The position numbers and the translations under genes were made by a program. Positions 20,394 to 30,114 of a stretch of DNA of 64,000 bases are shown here, piece by piece. This stretch comes from an uncultured virus (IMG/VR IMGVR_UViG_3300031857_000104) (taxonomy: Duplodnaviria > Heunggongvirae > Uroviricota > Caudoviricetes), in the IMG/VR virus record IMGVR_UViG_3300031857_000104. One strand, given 5' to 3'. Under the pieces are notes generated by a model that had not been told where the DNA came from, searched no databases, and saw only the letters and a list, made by a program, of their open reading frames with translations. Each line of letters begins with the position of its first letter. The stretch's first letter is position 1.

Positions 20394-21010
20394 TGAAAAT
20401 AATAATAACAGAAGATCAATTTAATAAGTTACAAGATAGTGACAAGGAATTTAACAAGACAAAAAAACTTGTTAATTCTATGTTTGATCAAGGTTATGAT
20501 GTTGATGATATACTTAAAATTACTGGATTAGATAAAGACGCTGTTATTGTTTTACTTTATGACCGTAAAGTTATACAGGATGAAAGTGGTGAATGTCCAG
20601 ATAAATACCAATACTTATATTACAAACTTTTTAGGAGCGGTAGTGATTTAATAAATAAAGACCGTTATTTTGAAGACGGATCAAGTATTGAAATAACATT
20701 TGAATATTTTTCGGGAACAATTGATTTTAAATATACATCAGAAGGGTATAAATTAATTGGGTACGCAACTTTAATGTGGGACGCTGAACCAAAATTACCT
20801 GTAGATATTACTACTTTTTATGATATTGACGGTACCGATTATGATGTAGATGGTTCCGAATACTCAAGTGTTGATTTAAGAACTGATGAAAAATTTAATA
20901 ATATTAAAACATTTAGACAGTTAGTTGATTATTTTAATAATGATTATTATATTATGTTAAAAGAAGAATTGGATCCTTTATTAAAAAGATGTATAAAAAA
21001 CTATTTATAG
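20393..21010 (+). CDS. leader-tagged acidic protein
   Basis: MKIIITEDQFNKLQ. Confidence 0.75.
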   Translation: MKIIITEDQFNKLQDSDKEFNKTKKLVNSMFDQGYDVDDILKITGLDKDAVIVLLYDRKVIQDESGECPDKYQYLYYKLFRSGSDLINKDRYFEDGSSIEITFEYFSGTIDFKYTSEGYKLIGYATLMWDAEPKLPVDITTFYDIDGTDYDVDGSEYSSVDLRTDEKFNNIKTFRQLVDYFNNDYYIMLKEELDPLLKRCIKNYL

Positions 21011-21012
21011 TC

Positions 21013-21270
21013 ATGAAAACTTTTAGACAGAATTTACATATTTGGTTAGAAGAACAAAAAAACACATCTAATAATGATGAGGTAATAGAAATGTTGACTA
21101 ATGTTCAAAAACATATTAAAAAAAATGAAAAAGAAGAAGAACGATTAGTTAATATTGCATATGAAAATGGGTATTATGATTGTGAATTAAAAAAAGGTTT
21201 TAAACACGGATATTATAAAAATACATATAAAGTCCATGACTATATAAAAGGTTTATTAAATTTAAATTAA
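21013..21270 (+). CDS. hypothetical protein
   Basis: Probable start MKTFRQ after TATTTAT. Confidence 0.65.
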   Translation: MKTFRQNLHIWLEEQKNTSNNDEVIEMLTNVQKHIKKNEKEEERLVNIAYENGYYDCELKKGFKHGYYKNTYKVHDYIKGLLNLN

Positions 21271-21271
21271 A

Positions 21272-21586
21272 ATGGAAATAACAGCAAAAGAATTACAAGA
21301 AAAAATTGATAACGGAGAAAAGGTTATTGTTGAATTTTGGGCTCCATGGTGCGGACCTTGTAGAATGATGAAACCAATTTTTGAAAAAGTTGCGACCTCA
21401 AATGATACCGACGTTCAAATGTATACAATGGATATAGAAAACAATAAAGACTTTGCCTTATCTATTGGTATAAGAAGTATACCAACAACTAAATTATTTA
21501 ATAAAAATGAATTAGTTGAAACTAAAGTTGGAGTATTAAACGAAAATCAAATTAAAGACTTGGTTGAAAACCTTTTATTAAATTAA
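21272..21586 (+). CDS. trxA: thioredoxin
   Basis: WAPWCGPC active site, IRSIPT. Confidence 0.92.
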   Translation: MEITAKELQEKIDNGEKVIVEFWAPWCGPCRMMKPIFEKVATSNDTDVQMYTMDIENNKDFALSIGIRSIPTTKLFNKNELVETKVGVLNENQIKDLVENLLLN

Positions 21587-21587
21587 T

Positions 21588-21752
21588 ATGAGAAAAGTTA
21601 TTGGAGTTATAGTTTTATTTTGTATCTTAGCATCCTGTAAAACAAGTAAAGCAAGTTGTGACGCATATGGAAACACAGAAAAAATTAATAAAAGTGGAGT
21701 TGACCTTACAAGAAATTTGGGCAGCAACACGTCCTATAATACAAAAAAGTAA
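21588..21752 (+). CDS. small putative lipoprotein
   Basis: MRKVIGVIVLFCILASC lipobox followed by KTSKASCDAY. Confidence 0.5.
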   Translation: MRKVIGVIVLFCILASCKTSKASCDAYGNTEKINKSGVDLTRNLGSNTSYNTKK

Positions 21753-21795
21753 GGTTACATATTCAAGAAAAGAAAAACACAAGAAAAAGTATTAG
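21667..21795 (+). CDS. small basic peptide (ArfA-like YxRKxKHK tail)
   Basis: METQKKLIKVELTLQEIWAATRPIIQKSKVTYSRKEKHKKKY. Confidence 0.5.
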   Translation: METQKKLIKVELTLQEIWAATRPIIQKSKVTYSRKEKHKKKY

Positions 21796-22265
21796 TGGGA
21801 TTGTCTTGATAGTAATACAATATCATCAACGGATAAAGCAAACTCATCTTCAAGAATATAATATAAATTGTCCACTTCTACAGCTGACGCATTAAATTGA
21901 ATGTAAAGCCAAGGTGAAGAATAAAAACCATCAAAAACACTATAATCATAATTTAAATCATTAAGTGCATAAAATAAATATTTATATCCATCTAAATTAC
22001 TTTTATCAAAAAAGTATTCTATTTCTTCAAAATCATAGCCAACTATAGGTAAAAAATCATAAAGATCTTCGTCTAATTTGTTATCACTAAGATCATAAAT
22101 TAAACTGTAATAGTCTTTATCAAAATAGCCCGAACTCTTATAAAGTTTTTCAGAATCAATTTTAACTCTTAATTTTAAAACCTCATATTCCGTATAAATA
22201 TTAAAATCAATATCTACACCACGAAATACATTATCAATAATTAATCTTTTAATTTTTTCATTCAT
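21792..22265 (-). CDS. acidic hypothetical protein
   Basis: 157 aa; TATTTAT upstream on the minus strand. Confidence 0.7.
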   Translation of the reverse strand: MNEKIKRLIIDNVFRGVDIDFNIYTEYEVLKLRVKIDSEKLYKSSGYFDKDYYSLIYDLSDNKLDEDLYDFLPIVGYDFEEIEYFFDKSNLDGYKYLFYALNDLNYDYSVFDGFYSSPWLYIQFNASAVEVDNLYYILEDEFALSVDDIVLLSRQSH

Positions 22266-22288
22266 AATAATAAATATATTAAAAAATA

Positions 22289-22320
22289 TTTGGAAGTTTA
22301 GAATTAAGTATATATCTTTG
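22289..22320 (+). promoter_or_regulatory. Bacteroidota-type promoter (-33/-7)
   Basis: TTTG-N20-TATCTTTG upstream of ATG 22345. Confidence 0.65.
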
Positions 22321-22344
22321 TATCACAAATAAACCGATAAACAT

Positions 22345-23097
22345 ATGATGAACTTAGAACAACTTAAATCACAAGCCCCTTCAGTATTCGCTACACAAGC
22401 TTCACCTTCAGTATCTAACCAATACGTATTCGTTCCTACAATGGATATCCTTGAAAACTTTCAAAGAGAAGGATGGGAGATAGCATCAGCAAAACAAACA
22501 GGTAGAACTATCCATGGACTTCATGAGATTAGATTACGTAATGGAGAACTACCAAAAGTTGGTGATACTTTGGTTGAGGCAATCATACGTAATTCACATA
22601 ACGGTATGTCAACACTTAGTGTAAGTGCAGGTCTACACAGGTTGGTATGTTCTAATGGTCTTACAGTACCAACATCTACTGCTGAGTCATTTAAGGTTAA
22701 ACACCAAAGGTTTGAACTTGATGACGTTAAAAGACTTACAGAATCTTTCGCATCTAAATTACCAAAGATTGAGATGTCGGTAAATCGTATGATGGAGAAG
22801 GAACTATCTACAGATGAAAAGATTGATTTTTTACGTAAATCATCTGAGGTGAGATTTGGTCAAAACAAAGTATTAACAGATTTAGAAATGGTTGGTCTAT
22901 TAGCACCAAACAGAACAGAAGACGAGGGGGACGATTTGTGGAGAGTATTAAATGTAGTACAGGAGAAGTTTGTCAGAGGAGGGGTGGAAATGACATCGCC
23001 AAAAGGACGTAGAACTAAACTTAGAGGACTACAAAACATAATGGCCTTGAACAAAGTGAATACAAAACTTTGGGAGTTGGCTGAGGAAATGATCTAA
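22345..23097 (+). CDS. DUF932/DUF945-family protein
   Basis: APSVFA, YVFVPT, NSHNG, GLHRLVCSNGL, DLWRVLNVVQE, NTKLW. Confidence 0.85.
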   Translation: MMNLEQLKSQAPSVFATQASPSVSNQYVFVPTMDILENFQREGWEIASAKQTGRTIHGLHEIRLRNGELPKVGDTLVEAIIRNSHNGMSTLSVSAGLHRLVCSNGLTVPTSTAESFKVKHQRFELDDVKRLTESFASKLPKIEMSVNRMMEKELSTDEKIDFLRKSSEVRFGQNKVLTDLEMVGLLAPNRTEDEGDDLWRVLNVVQEKFVRGGVEMTSPKGRRTKLRGLQNIMALNKVNTKLWELAEEMI

Positions 23098-23101
23098 AAA
23101 G

Positions 23102-23129
23102 AAAAAGGAAGTGAAAACTTCCTTTTTTT
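23102..23129. terminator. bidirectional terminator
   Basis: AAAAAGGAAGT-GAAA-ACTTCCTTTTTT between convergent genes. Confidence 0.8.
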
Positions 23130-23394
23130 ATTTCATATTCTTTAAAACCATTTCTAAAGAGTAGATAGATTCCTTATCTTGTTTGGTCTTAACTTTCTTA
23201 TTTTTAAGATAGTTTAATGAGTCAAGTATTTCATCTTTTTTAGATTTTGTGTTTTGAACTGACACAACAGGAGTGGAGTTATCAACATAAATAACTTCTT
23301 TTTGTTTTGGATAAAGAGTGTTATAAACATCAATCGCAGTTTTTGCGTGACGAGTTGTTATACGAATAACGAGGTATTTTAGTAGTTCTTTCAT
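23128..23394 (-). CDS. hypothetical protein (no leader)
   Basis: Probable start MKELLKY; TATCTTTG on the minus strand at 23399-23406. Confidence 0.65.
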   Translation of the reverse strand: MKELLKYLVIRITTRHAKTAIDVYNTLYPKQKEVIYVDNSTPVVSVQNTKSKKDEILDSLNYLKNKKVKTKQDKESIYSLEMVLKNMK

Positions 23395-23418
23395 ATAACA
23401 AAGATACAAAAATCTTTG

Positions 23419-23541
23419 TTATTTACCTAATTCTTCGTAATACTTTTGAATTAATTTGTGGTTGTTTTCGATTCTTCTTAAATCCTTTAAAATACTTTTT
23501 CTTGATTTACCTTTTTTACCTTCTTTTCTTGCCTTTGCCAT
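23419..23541 (-). CDS. small basic protein
   Basis: 40 aa MAKARKEGKKGKSRK...; TATTTAT upstream on the minus strand. Confidence 0.55.
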   Translation of the reverse strand: MAKARKEGKKGKSRKSILKDLRRIENNHKLIQKYYEELGK

Positions 23542-23592
23542 TTTTTATTTATTTACCAATAAATACTTTTAAAGTAATATTTATAATAATAT

Positions 23593-24042
23593 ATGAAACA
23601 ACTTATTAGAAAAATATTAAAAGAAGAAACGGAACCTGAAACAGAACTAACCGATTTAGAAAATAAAGGAATAGATTTTGTTGTTAAAATCCTTAAAAAG
23701 AATTACCCATTTGTTGATGGTTGGAAAATGATCTATAAAGATCGTTTTGAGTTAGATCTTCTAATTACTTGTGATACAAAAAAACTTGCTGAATTTTACA
23801 ATAGCGAATTAAAAGATTACTACCAACGTAATCCACAAGAAATATATGGTAAAGAATATCCATACCCCTTTTCAGTGTTAAATTTATCTAATGACATGGA
23901 TTCAGATGAAAAATGGGCTTTATATTTAGACTTTAATGAACATATGAATGAAATATATGAGTTTATACCTGATGAAATGAAAATTATAAATACGTATGAT
24001 GACGTAATAAAATTAGATGCAGAACTTTTTACCTTCAAATGA
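23593..24042 (+). CDS. leader-tagged protein
   Basis: MKQLIRKILKEE; TATTTAT upstream. Confidence 0.75.
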   Translation: MKQLIRKILKEETEPETELTDLENKGIDFVVKILKKNYPFVDGWKMIYKDRFELDLLITCDTKKLAEFYNSELKDYYQRNPQEIYGKEYPYPFSVLNLSNDMDSDEKWALYLDFNEHMNEIYEFIPDEMKIINTYDDVIKLDAELFTFK

Positions 24043-24695
24043 AAAATTTAATTAGAAAAATATTAAAAGAAGAGGTAAATAAAAAATACCCCAAGCCAAC
24101 GCCAAAAGTGGAACGACTTGTATATGGTTGGTTAGATAACTATTTTGAAGGATCCCAAATGTATGATAATGAGGTTTGGGATAATTATAGATTTGATTTT
24201 GAATTTTGTAAAAATGGTAAAGAAATTGCAGAATTAATAACAGAATTTGAGGACAAAAGTCCTGATTGGGGACCACAAGATGAAAGACCATTAAGTGAAA
24301 GAAAATTTAAAGAAGCATCTCTACATATATACCCAGTTATGATTGATGAATTACTTTCAGACATACCAATTAGAAGACACTACTTAATTTATCTAATTGA
24401 AGAATGGTTTGAGGACACATACTTGGATAAAATTCAAAGAATGTTAAATAGAAATGATTTACATTTGGATCGTGTATCGGTTTCTACATATAAAAGAGAA
24501 GGTAACATATGTATACCACCAATGACAAAATCTGAAGATGTGACAGAAGAAGATATGATAGAACATATACTTAAAACTACACTTTTTAAAAGAAATGATA
24601 TACTTAAACATGAAGAAGAAAAACCAGGTTGGATTGAGAAAACGTATTTACAAAAACTTCGTAGCGATGAGTATGATAGATTAAATAGACAATAA
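24039..24695 (+). CDS. leader-tagged protein
   Basis: MKNLIRKILKEE. Confidence 0.75.
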   Translation: MKNLIRKILKEEVNKKYPKPTPKVERLVYGWLDNYFEGSQMYDNEVWDNYRFDFEFCKNGKEIAELITEFEDKSPDWGPQDERPLSERKFKEASLHIYPVMIDELLSDIPIRRHYLIYLIEEWFEDTYLDKIQRMLNRNDLHLDRVSVSTYKREGNICIPPMTKSEDVTEEDMIEHILKTTLFKRNDILKHEEEKPGWIEKTYLQKLRSDEYDRLNRQ

Positions 24696-26164
24696 TGAAA
24701 CAAGTTATTGAAGATATATTAAATAATACTATATTACCTGAATATGAGGACTTAATTTGTGGTTTTGAAATAAAAGAACCACACGAAAGGTTTGATACTA
24801 TGGGTAATACACCATTTAAATTTATAAGTGTTACTGTAACATTTATTGCTGGATATGGAACAAAATATTGGCCAATAACATTGTCGGTTAGAGATAAGTT
24901 TGATGATATAATGAATGATATTTGGGATGTAATTTATAATTATACAAATATTGCTACCGACGTATATCACAAAACAGTTAGTAAATGTGAAGGTAAGGAT
25001 GAGTTTATGAACGAATCAGAAAACAAAAAATCAAACTATGTTAATTTAATTAAAGATATTGTAGAACCATTTAAAAATGAAGATTGTGTTTGTGATATAA
25101 ATGTTTCATATGACGATGAAGATGATATGTATAGTGTTTATGTAGTGACATCAACAGAAGAATTAAGAGAAAAGTTTTTTTATGTTGATGGTATACAACA
25201 GTACATATTAAAATTAAGAGTTAATATTAACAAAACAATTATTGGTTATTTACCAATAGAAAACTTATATGTTGGATCTTACGGAAACCCTAATTGTGAA
25301 TGGAAACCACATGTTCATGAAGCACACAAAGTAGAAAAGGATGAATACGTTGAGCTATACAGAGATAAAGATTTTATTTTAACAATACCATTAACACACG
25401 ATGCGTCAAAGAAATATGGATCCGACACCAAATGGTGTACAACAAAAAAAGATTGCAATAAAGACTTCAAAAAACATACCGAATTAGGTGTGTTAGGTTA
25501 TATTGTTGTAAGAGATAAAGAACTTAAAGAAAGGTTAGGTAGTAACGCTTTTGCCCTATACAGACTAAAAGGTGATGATTTTACAAGAACAATAGCATTT
25601 GACGATCAGAATAATGAATATAGAAACGGGGAATCTTGGTTAGGAAATAAATTTGATATTGTGGATAAGTTATTTCAGTTTTATAAAATGATGAATAAGT
25701 ATAACGATTATTTTGAAAAACAAGACACCAAAGAAACAATTGAAGAATCAAAGGAGATTAGTAAAAAAGATCTTTCAGAAGATATGAAATACAACAAAGT
25801 TAATACCGTTTTAAATAGAATCATGGGTTCAAAATATGATTGGTGGGAAGGTATTGAAATAGATGATGTTCAAGTTAGTCAGACATACTTCATAATAAGA
25901 TTAACAGGAACTTTAAAAGTAGATGAAGAATGGGGTGAAAAACAGTGGAATACCTATATGTTAGATATGGAGTTTCCTGGTAATAGTGGTTGGGAAGATA
26001 ATGAAGAATATGAACTAGTAACACTCGGAGACGTTATTGGTAGTGATACATCAAATGAAATAAGCGATGAAATAATAGACGTATTAAGATTCACTGGGGT
26101 TATAGATCCCGAAATTCAGCCGTCATTTTTATCTTTTAGATCAATAATGTTAAAATTTGTATAA
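24695..26164 (+). CDS. multi-module protein
   Basis: Apparent four modules joined at FMNE/HVHE/TIEE; includes PLTHDASKKYGSDTKWC segment. Confidence 0.75.
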   Translation: MKQVIEDILNNTILPEYEDLICGFEIKEPHERFDTMGNTPFKFISVTVTFIAGYGTKYWPITLSVRDKFDDIMNDIWDVIYNYTNIATDVYHKTVSKCEGKDEFMNESENKKSNYVNLIKDIVEPFKNEDCVCDINVSYDDEDDMYSVYVVTSTEELREKFFYVDGIQQYILKLRVNINKTIIGYLPIENLYVGSYGNPNCEWKPHVHEAHKVEKDEYVELYRDKDFILTIPLTHDASKKYGSDTKWCTTKKDCNKDFKKHTELGVLGYIVVRDKELKERLGSNAFALYRLKGDDFTRTIAFDDQNNEYRNGESWLGNKFDIVDKLFQFYKMMNKYNDYFEKQDTKETIEESKEISKKDLSEDMKYNKVNTVLNRIMGSKYDWWEGIEIDDVQVSQTYFIIRLTGTLKVDEEWGEKQWNTYMLDMEFPGNSGWEDNEEYELVTLGDVIGSDTSNEISDEIIDVLRFTGVIDPEIQPSFLSFRSIMLKFV

Positions 26165-26177
26165 TATATTTATAGAT

Positions 26178-27290
26178 ATGAAAAATAATTTACAAGAACA
26201 AATATCAAGAATAAAATCAATGATGTTTGTAATTAATGAAGAAGAAGAATCAATTATATCTAAATTAAAAAAAATAAAAGAGTTTAAAAATGAAGGGTTT
26301 AAAACTGCATATGTAGAAGACCCTTATGGTAAACCTGATAAAACGGGAGAGCTTTATTATGTTTTTACACAAACAAATAAAGGGTGTGAAGATTTATTAA
26401 GTAAAACTTTTATTAGTTTTTCAGAAAGAAATAAGGCTCATTGGTCAGGTGTAAAAGATATTAGTAAGGCAGATGCAATATTAATACTTACACATAAAAT
26501 AGTAAAAAATAACGTTGTTTTTAAATTAAAATTAAGTTGGGCGTGTGAATTAGTTTATGGTGATGCTGCGGTTGAAAAAATAAAAAATTTAATTGACGAT
26601 TATAATGAAAAAGAAAAAGGAGTTACCGTTGATGATTTTTTAGAACTAAGATCATTTATGTTAAATAAAGAAGAAATAAAAAAACTAAATAATCAATCAG
26701 AAGAGGATGCTAAATTATCTTATACACCACCAAAACCAAGTAGTATAGATGAAAAAGATTTTGTTTTTTCTGCAACGTCTGACGGAAATATAAGTGTAAG
26801 TGTTTTAAAAACTTATCCATCCGATAAAGATCCCAGTAGATTGTTTTATTTTAATGGACCAATGGTTACTTATAACCCTGTTATTTATGGACCACTTGGT
26901 ATAGAAATAGAGTTAAATATTACTGAGTATAATAATGAAACAAATACATTAACAATGGATTTAAGTAAATGTGATTATGCTGCGTGTAAAGATAAAAATG
27001 GGAACCCTAAAGTAATAACGACAACTTTAAATAAAATAAAACCTAAAATTTTAAAATCCGTCACGGATGGATATAAAGTAAATAATTTTAAATTAATAGA
27101 ACTTGAGGTTAATGCTAAAGATGAGAACAATAAAGACACATCTAAAGATGTTGGACTAATCCCTTTAAACACAACAATTGCAAGTAAATGGGCTAATTTT
27201 GTAGGAGATAATACATCACTTATGGCTAAAGATGAAAAAGAAAAACTTAAAGAACAAATATCAAGAATAAAATCAATGATGAGTAATTAA
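26178..27290 (+). CDS. protein with leader at both ends
   Basis: Starts MKNNLQEQISRIKSMM and ends LKEQISRIKSMMSN. Confidence 0.8.
   Translation: MKNNLQEQISRIKSMMFVINEEEESIISKLKKIKEFKNEGFKTAYVEDPYGKPDKTGELYYVFTQTNKGCEDLLSKTFISFSERNKAHWSGVKDISKADAILILTHKIVKNNVVFKLKLSWACELVYGDAAVEKIKNLIDDYNEKEKGVTVDDFLELRSFMLNKEEIKKLNNQSEEDAKLSYTPPKPSSIDEKDFVFSATSDGNISVSVLKTYPSDKDPSRLFYFNGPMVTYNPVIYGPLGIEIELNITEYNNETNTLTMDLSKCDYAACKDKNGNPKVITTTLNKIKPKILKSVTDGYKVNNFKLIELEVNAKDENNKDTSKDVGLIPLNTTIASKWANFVGDNTSLMAKDEKEKLKEQISRIKSMMSN
26194..27281 (+). repeat. 32 bp exact direct repeat (26194-26225 and 27250-27281)
   Basis: AAGAACAAATATCAAGAATAAAATCAATGATG at both positions. Confidence 0.9.
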
Positions 27291-27296
27291 AATTAA

Positions 27297-28013
27297 TTAA
27301 CGAATTTTTTTTATTTTAAAATGTTCATAAAATTCAGGGTAACTTTCTAAATATCCTTTAAGAGTTTCCTCATCAAACTCAATGTCTTCGGCCATCCAAT
27401 ACCAATATAGTTTTTCATTTATATCAAAACCATAATAATCATGACAGTCCATTTGAACCGCACATACTTTTTCGGCATCGTCATGTTGCCCAATACAAAT
27501 AAAACCAGATGAAATATTCTTTAATAAATTACTTTCACCAAGAGGTATATATCTGTTATTTATCCAATTTAACCGCTCAATTATTTTTTGGTAAAACATA
27601 TTGGCACTACCCCACCTTACTGAACTAAAAAAAACAACACAGTCAGATTCAAAAAGTTCTTTAGATATTTTCCACAATTCGTCATCAGGGTTGTGTAAGG
27701 ATGCCCAACATCTATGATAACCTGAAGGGTTTTTACTTTTGTCTTTTAATAATGCTTCCTTTACACCACATTGATTACCGTCTTCTCTGGAAACGTTACC
27801 TTCACATGGATATATGTTTAAATCAGGAACATTTATTACTTTACAATTATCTAATTCGTTAGAAATTACTTTGGCTAAAATAGTGGATTTAGGGGTTTGT
27901 TTTTCAAGTATCTTTTGGTATCTATTAGAACAAGTTAAAAATAAAACCTTTTTATATTTCTTTAAAGTTTTAATAGTTTCAAGTAACTTTTTATGGTTTC
28001 CTTCTTTTATCAT
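27297..28013 (-). CDS. flavodoxin-fold NAD(P)H-dependent FMN reductase / iron-sulfur flavoprotein-like
   Basis: VLFLTCSNR, KSTILA, IYPCEGN, DCVVFFSSVRWG, IIERL. Confidence 0.75.
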   Translation of the reverse strand: MIKEGNHKKLLETIKTLKKYKKVLFLTCSNRYQKILEKQTPKSTILAKVISNELDNCKVINVPDLNIYPCEGNVSREDGNQCGVKEALLKDKSKNPSGYHRCWASLHNPDDELWKISKELFESDCVVFFSSVRWGSANMFYQKIIERLNWINNRYIPLGESNLLKNISSGFICIGQHDDAEKVCAVQMDCHDYYGFDINEKLYWYWMAEDIEFDEETLKGYLESYPEFYEHFKIKKIR

Positions 28014-28097
28014 ATTAATAAATATATATATTTAAAATAAAATATCCAATTAAAAATAAGATTTGTTAAAATGATATATTTTTTTTATATTTACTAA

Positions 28098-28439
28098 ATG
28101 TTAACGGAATACATAAAAGATTTAATATCGGATATTGATACTGTCATGATAACAGATATTGTTATTAATGAGAATAAAACATTTACGGTTAATGTTAAAA
28201 GAAAAGGTATTTCTGAATCACGTTATAATAATCACTACAATAAAATAATTAAAGCCGCTGCAGTTGCTGCCATATCAAATAGACTTAAACCATACTTCAA
28301 GGAAACTGAATATAATATAATTGTAACATTAGAAACAAAATCCTTGAACATTGTATTGTACAAAGACCAATGTGTAAGTGACAATGACCGTGAAAATAAT
28401 TCAGAAACAGAATTTAGAGGTCTTATGAATTTAATTTAA
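28098..28439 (+). CDS. MLTEYIKD-family protein
   Basis: Shares start and INEN.TFTV with 31028. Confidence 0.7.
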   Translation: MLTEYIKDLISDIDTVMITDIVINENKTFTVNVKRKGISESRYNNHYNKIIKAAAVAAISNRLKPYFKETEYNIIVTLETKSLNIVLYKDQCVSDNDRENNSETEFRGLMNLI

Positions 28440-28459
28440 GGTTCTCATATTTATATAGT

Positions 28460-29176
28460 ATGAACTTAAATGAAGAGGTACAAAGAATCAAATCAATCAT
28501 GGGAGTTATATCTGAAAAGTTAGAAGATATACAAGGAACGCCATTATACCATAAAACCTCAACAAGTAGGGGATTAAAGATTATGGACTCGGATTCATTA
28601 ATAACGTCAAGACCATCTGATGAATATTTAAAATTAGATGATGAACTACGAAACACAGAAAAACAAAGTGCAATATCATTTACAAGAGATAAGAATTGGG
28701 AACCAGATCAGTCAATTGGTGTGGGAAGTGGAAGTAGGTTAGAAGATAAACATATAACTTTTGTGGTTGATAGAAATAAATTAAAAACAAAATACAAAAT
28801 AGAACCTTTTAACTATGAAATAATTGGCGATAGAGATTACAGAAACAAAGGTGTCGAATTACCAAAATGGATGAAAAGACGTAAGAAAAATCCTGAAATG
28901 GAGGAAAGAGTTTTTACTGATAGGATATACCCATTACACAAATATCTTATTGATGTTATATACACTGGTGATAATCCTGAAATTCAGGAGTACTTAGATG
29001 GTTATAAAAGTCAATACCTTAACAAATCTGATGTAACAAATGATTTTGAACAATTAGATAAAGAAGAAATGAAAGAAGGTGAGTTAACAGAAAAGTGTTG
29101 GAAAGGATATACTCAAAAAGGAATGAAGACAATGTTTGGTAAACGATACCCTAATTGTGTAAAGAAGAAAAAATAA
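28460..29176 (+). CDS. leader-tagged protein, possible ADP-ribosyltransferase-like fold
   Basis: MNLNEEVQRIKSIMGVISE leader; LYHKTS, ISFTRD, EMEE; C-terminal LTEKCWKGY...PNCV module. Confidence 0.55.
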   Translation: MNLNEEVQRIKSIMGVISEKLEDIQGTPLYHKTSTSRGLKIMDSDSLITSRPSDEYLKLDDELRNTEKQSAISFTRDKNWEPDQSIGVGSGSRLEDKHITFVVDRNKLKTKYKIEPFNYEIIGDRDYRNKGVELPKWMKRRKKNPEMEERVFTDRIYPLHKYLIDVIYTGDNPEIQEYLDGYKSQYLNKSDVTNDFEQLDKEEMKEGELTEKCWKGYTQKGMKTMFGKRYPNCVKKKK

Positions 29177-29514
29177 TGAACATACAAGAACATATAAGAA
29201 AAATATTGAAAGAAGAAAACTCCGATAAGATGATAAAACTTGTTGGGCAATATTTAAAATTCATGTACCCTGGGTTTAATGAAAAAGATGTGGATGTTGA
29301 CGAATACGAGGATAGTCGTGGTTTTCCTGTTGTTATATTTACTGATATTGAAAATGGTATATATTTAGCAAAATATCATTACGGCACAAAAGAATTACAA
29401 TTAAGTAGGTCTATATTTAATGAGTTAGAAGGGTTATTAAATGATGATATGGAATATGTAATTGATTGGTTTAATAATGAGTTTGGTGAAGATGCCGAAT
29501 ACGTAACGTTTTAA
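29176..29514 (+). CDS. leader-tagged protein
   Basis: MNIQEHIRKILKEE. Confidence 0.75.
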   Translation: MNIQEHIRKILKEENSDKMIKLVGQYLKFMYPGFNEKDVDVDEYEDSRGFPVVIFTDIENGIYLAKYHYGTKELQLSRSIFNELEGLLNDDMEYVIDWFNNEFGEDAEYVTF

Positions 29515-29520
29515 TTTAAT

Positions 29521-30114
29521 ATGGATATACAAGAACAAATAAGAAGAATATTAAAGGAAGAGACACAAGGAATTGATAACTTCTTAGACGAACTATCAAA
29601 CACACACCCAATGTCTGATGAATTGAAGACATTTGTTAAACAATTTATAGAAGAATCGGAATGTAAAAGAATTGACTTTTCAAATTTTAAAATAGGTGTT
29701 TTAGGACTGGCACTTGAAAGTGGGGTTTTAATTAATTCAATTACCATTAGAAGACCTTTACCATATTTGTTATTTGTAATATTTCATGAGGTTGCACACC
29801 AATACCAATTTAAAAAATATGGTGCTGATGTTATGTATGATTGTTATTTAGGTGATATCACAGAAAGAGAGGCTGCTGAGTTTATGAAACAAACAGAAGA
29901 AGTTGCTGATGAATTTGCCGCAAGAAAAATAAGACAACTTCAAAAGATGGGACTAATTGAACCATTTACACCACCACAAATGTACAAAAACATACCAATA
30001 CAACAGATAACCATGATGGTAAATAATTATAGAAATGATATGAGAAGAAAAAATATTGACTCACAAGAAAAAGTCAGTGAATATTTTTATAACATGGTTA
30101 AGAGTGAATTATAA
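29521..30114 (+). CDS. leader-tagged zincin-like metallopeptidase
   Basis: MDIQEQIRRILKEE; IFHEVAH (HExxH) and downstream EEVADEFA. Confidence 0.7.
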   Translation: MDIQEQIRRILKEETQGIDNFLDELSNTHPMSDELKTFVKQFIEESECKRIDFSNFKIGVLGLALESGVLINSITIRRPLPYLLFVIFHEVAHQYQFKKYGADVMYDCYLGDITEREAAEFMKQTEEVADEFAARKIRQLQKMGLIEPFTPPQMYKNIPIQQITMMVNNYRNDMRRKNIDSQEKVSEYFYNMVKSEL

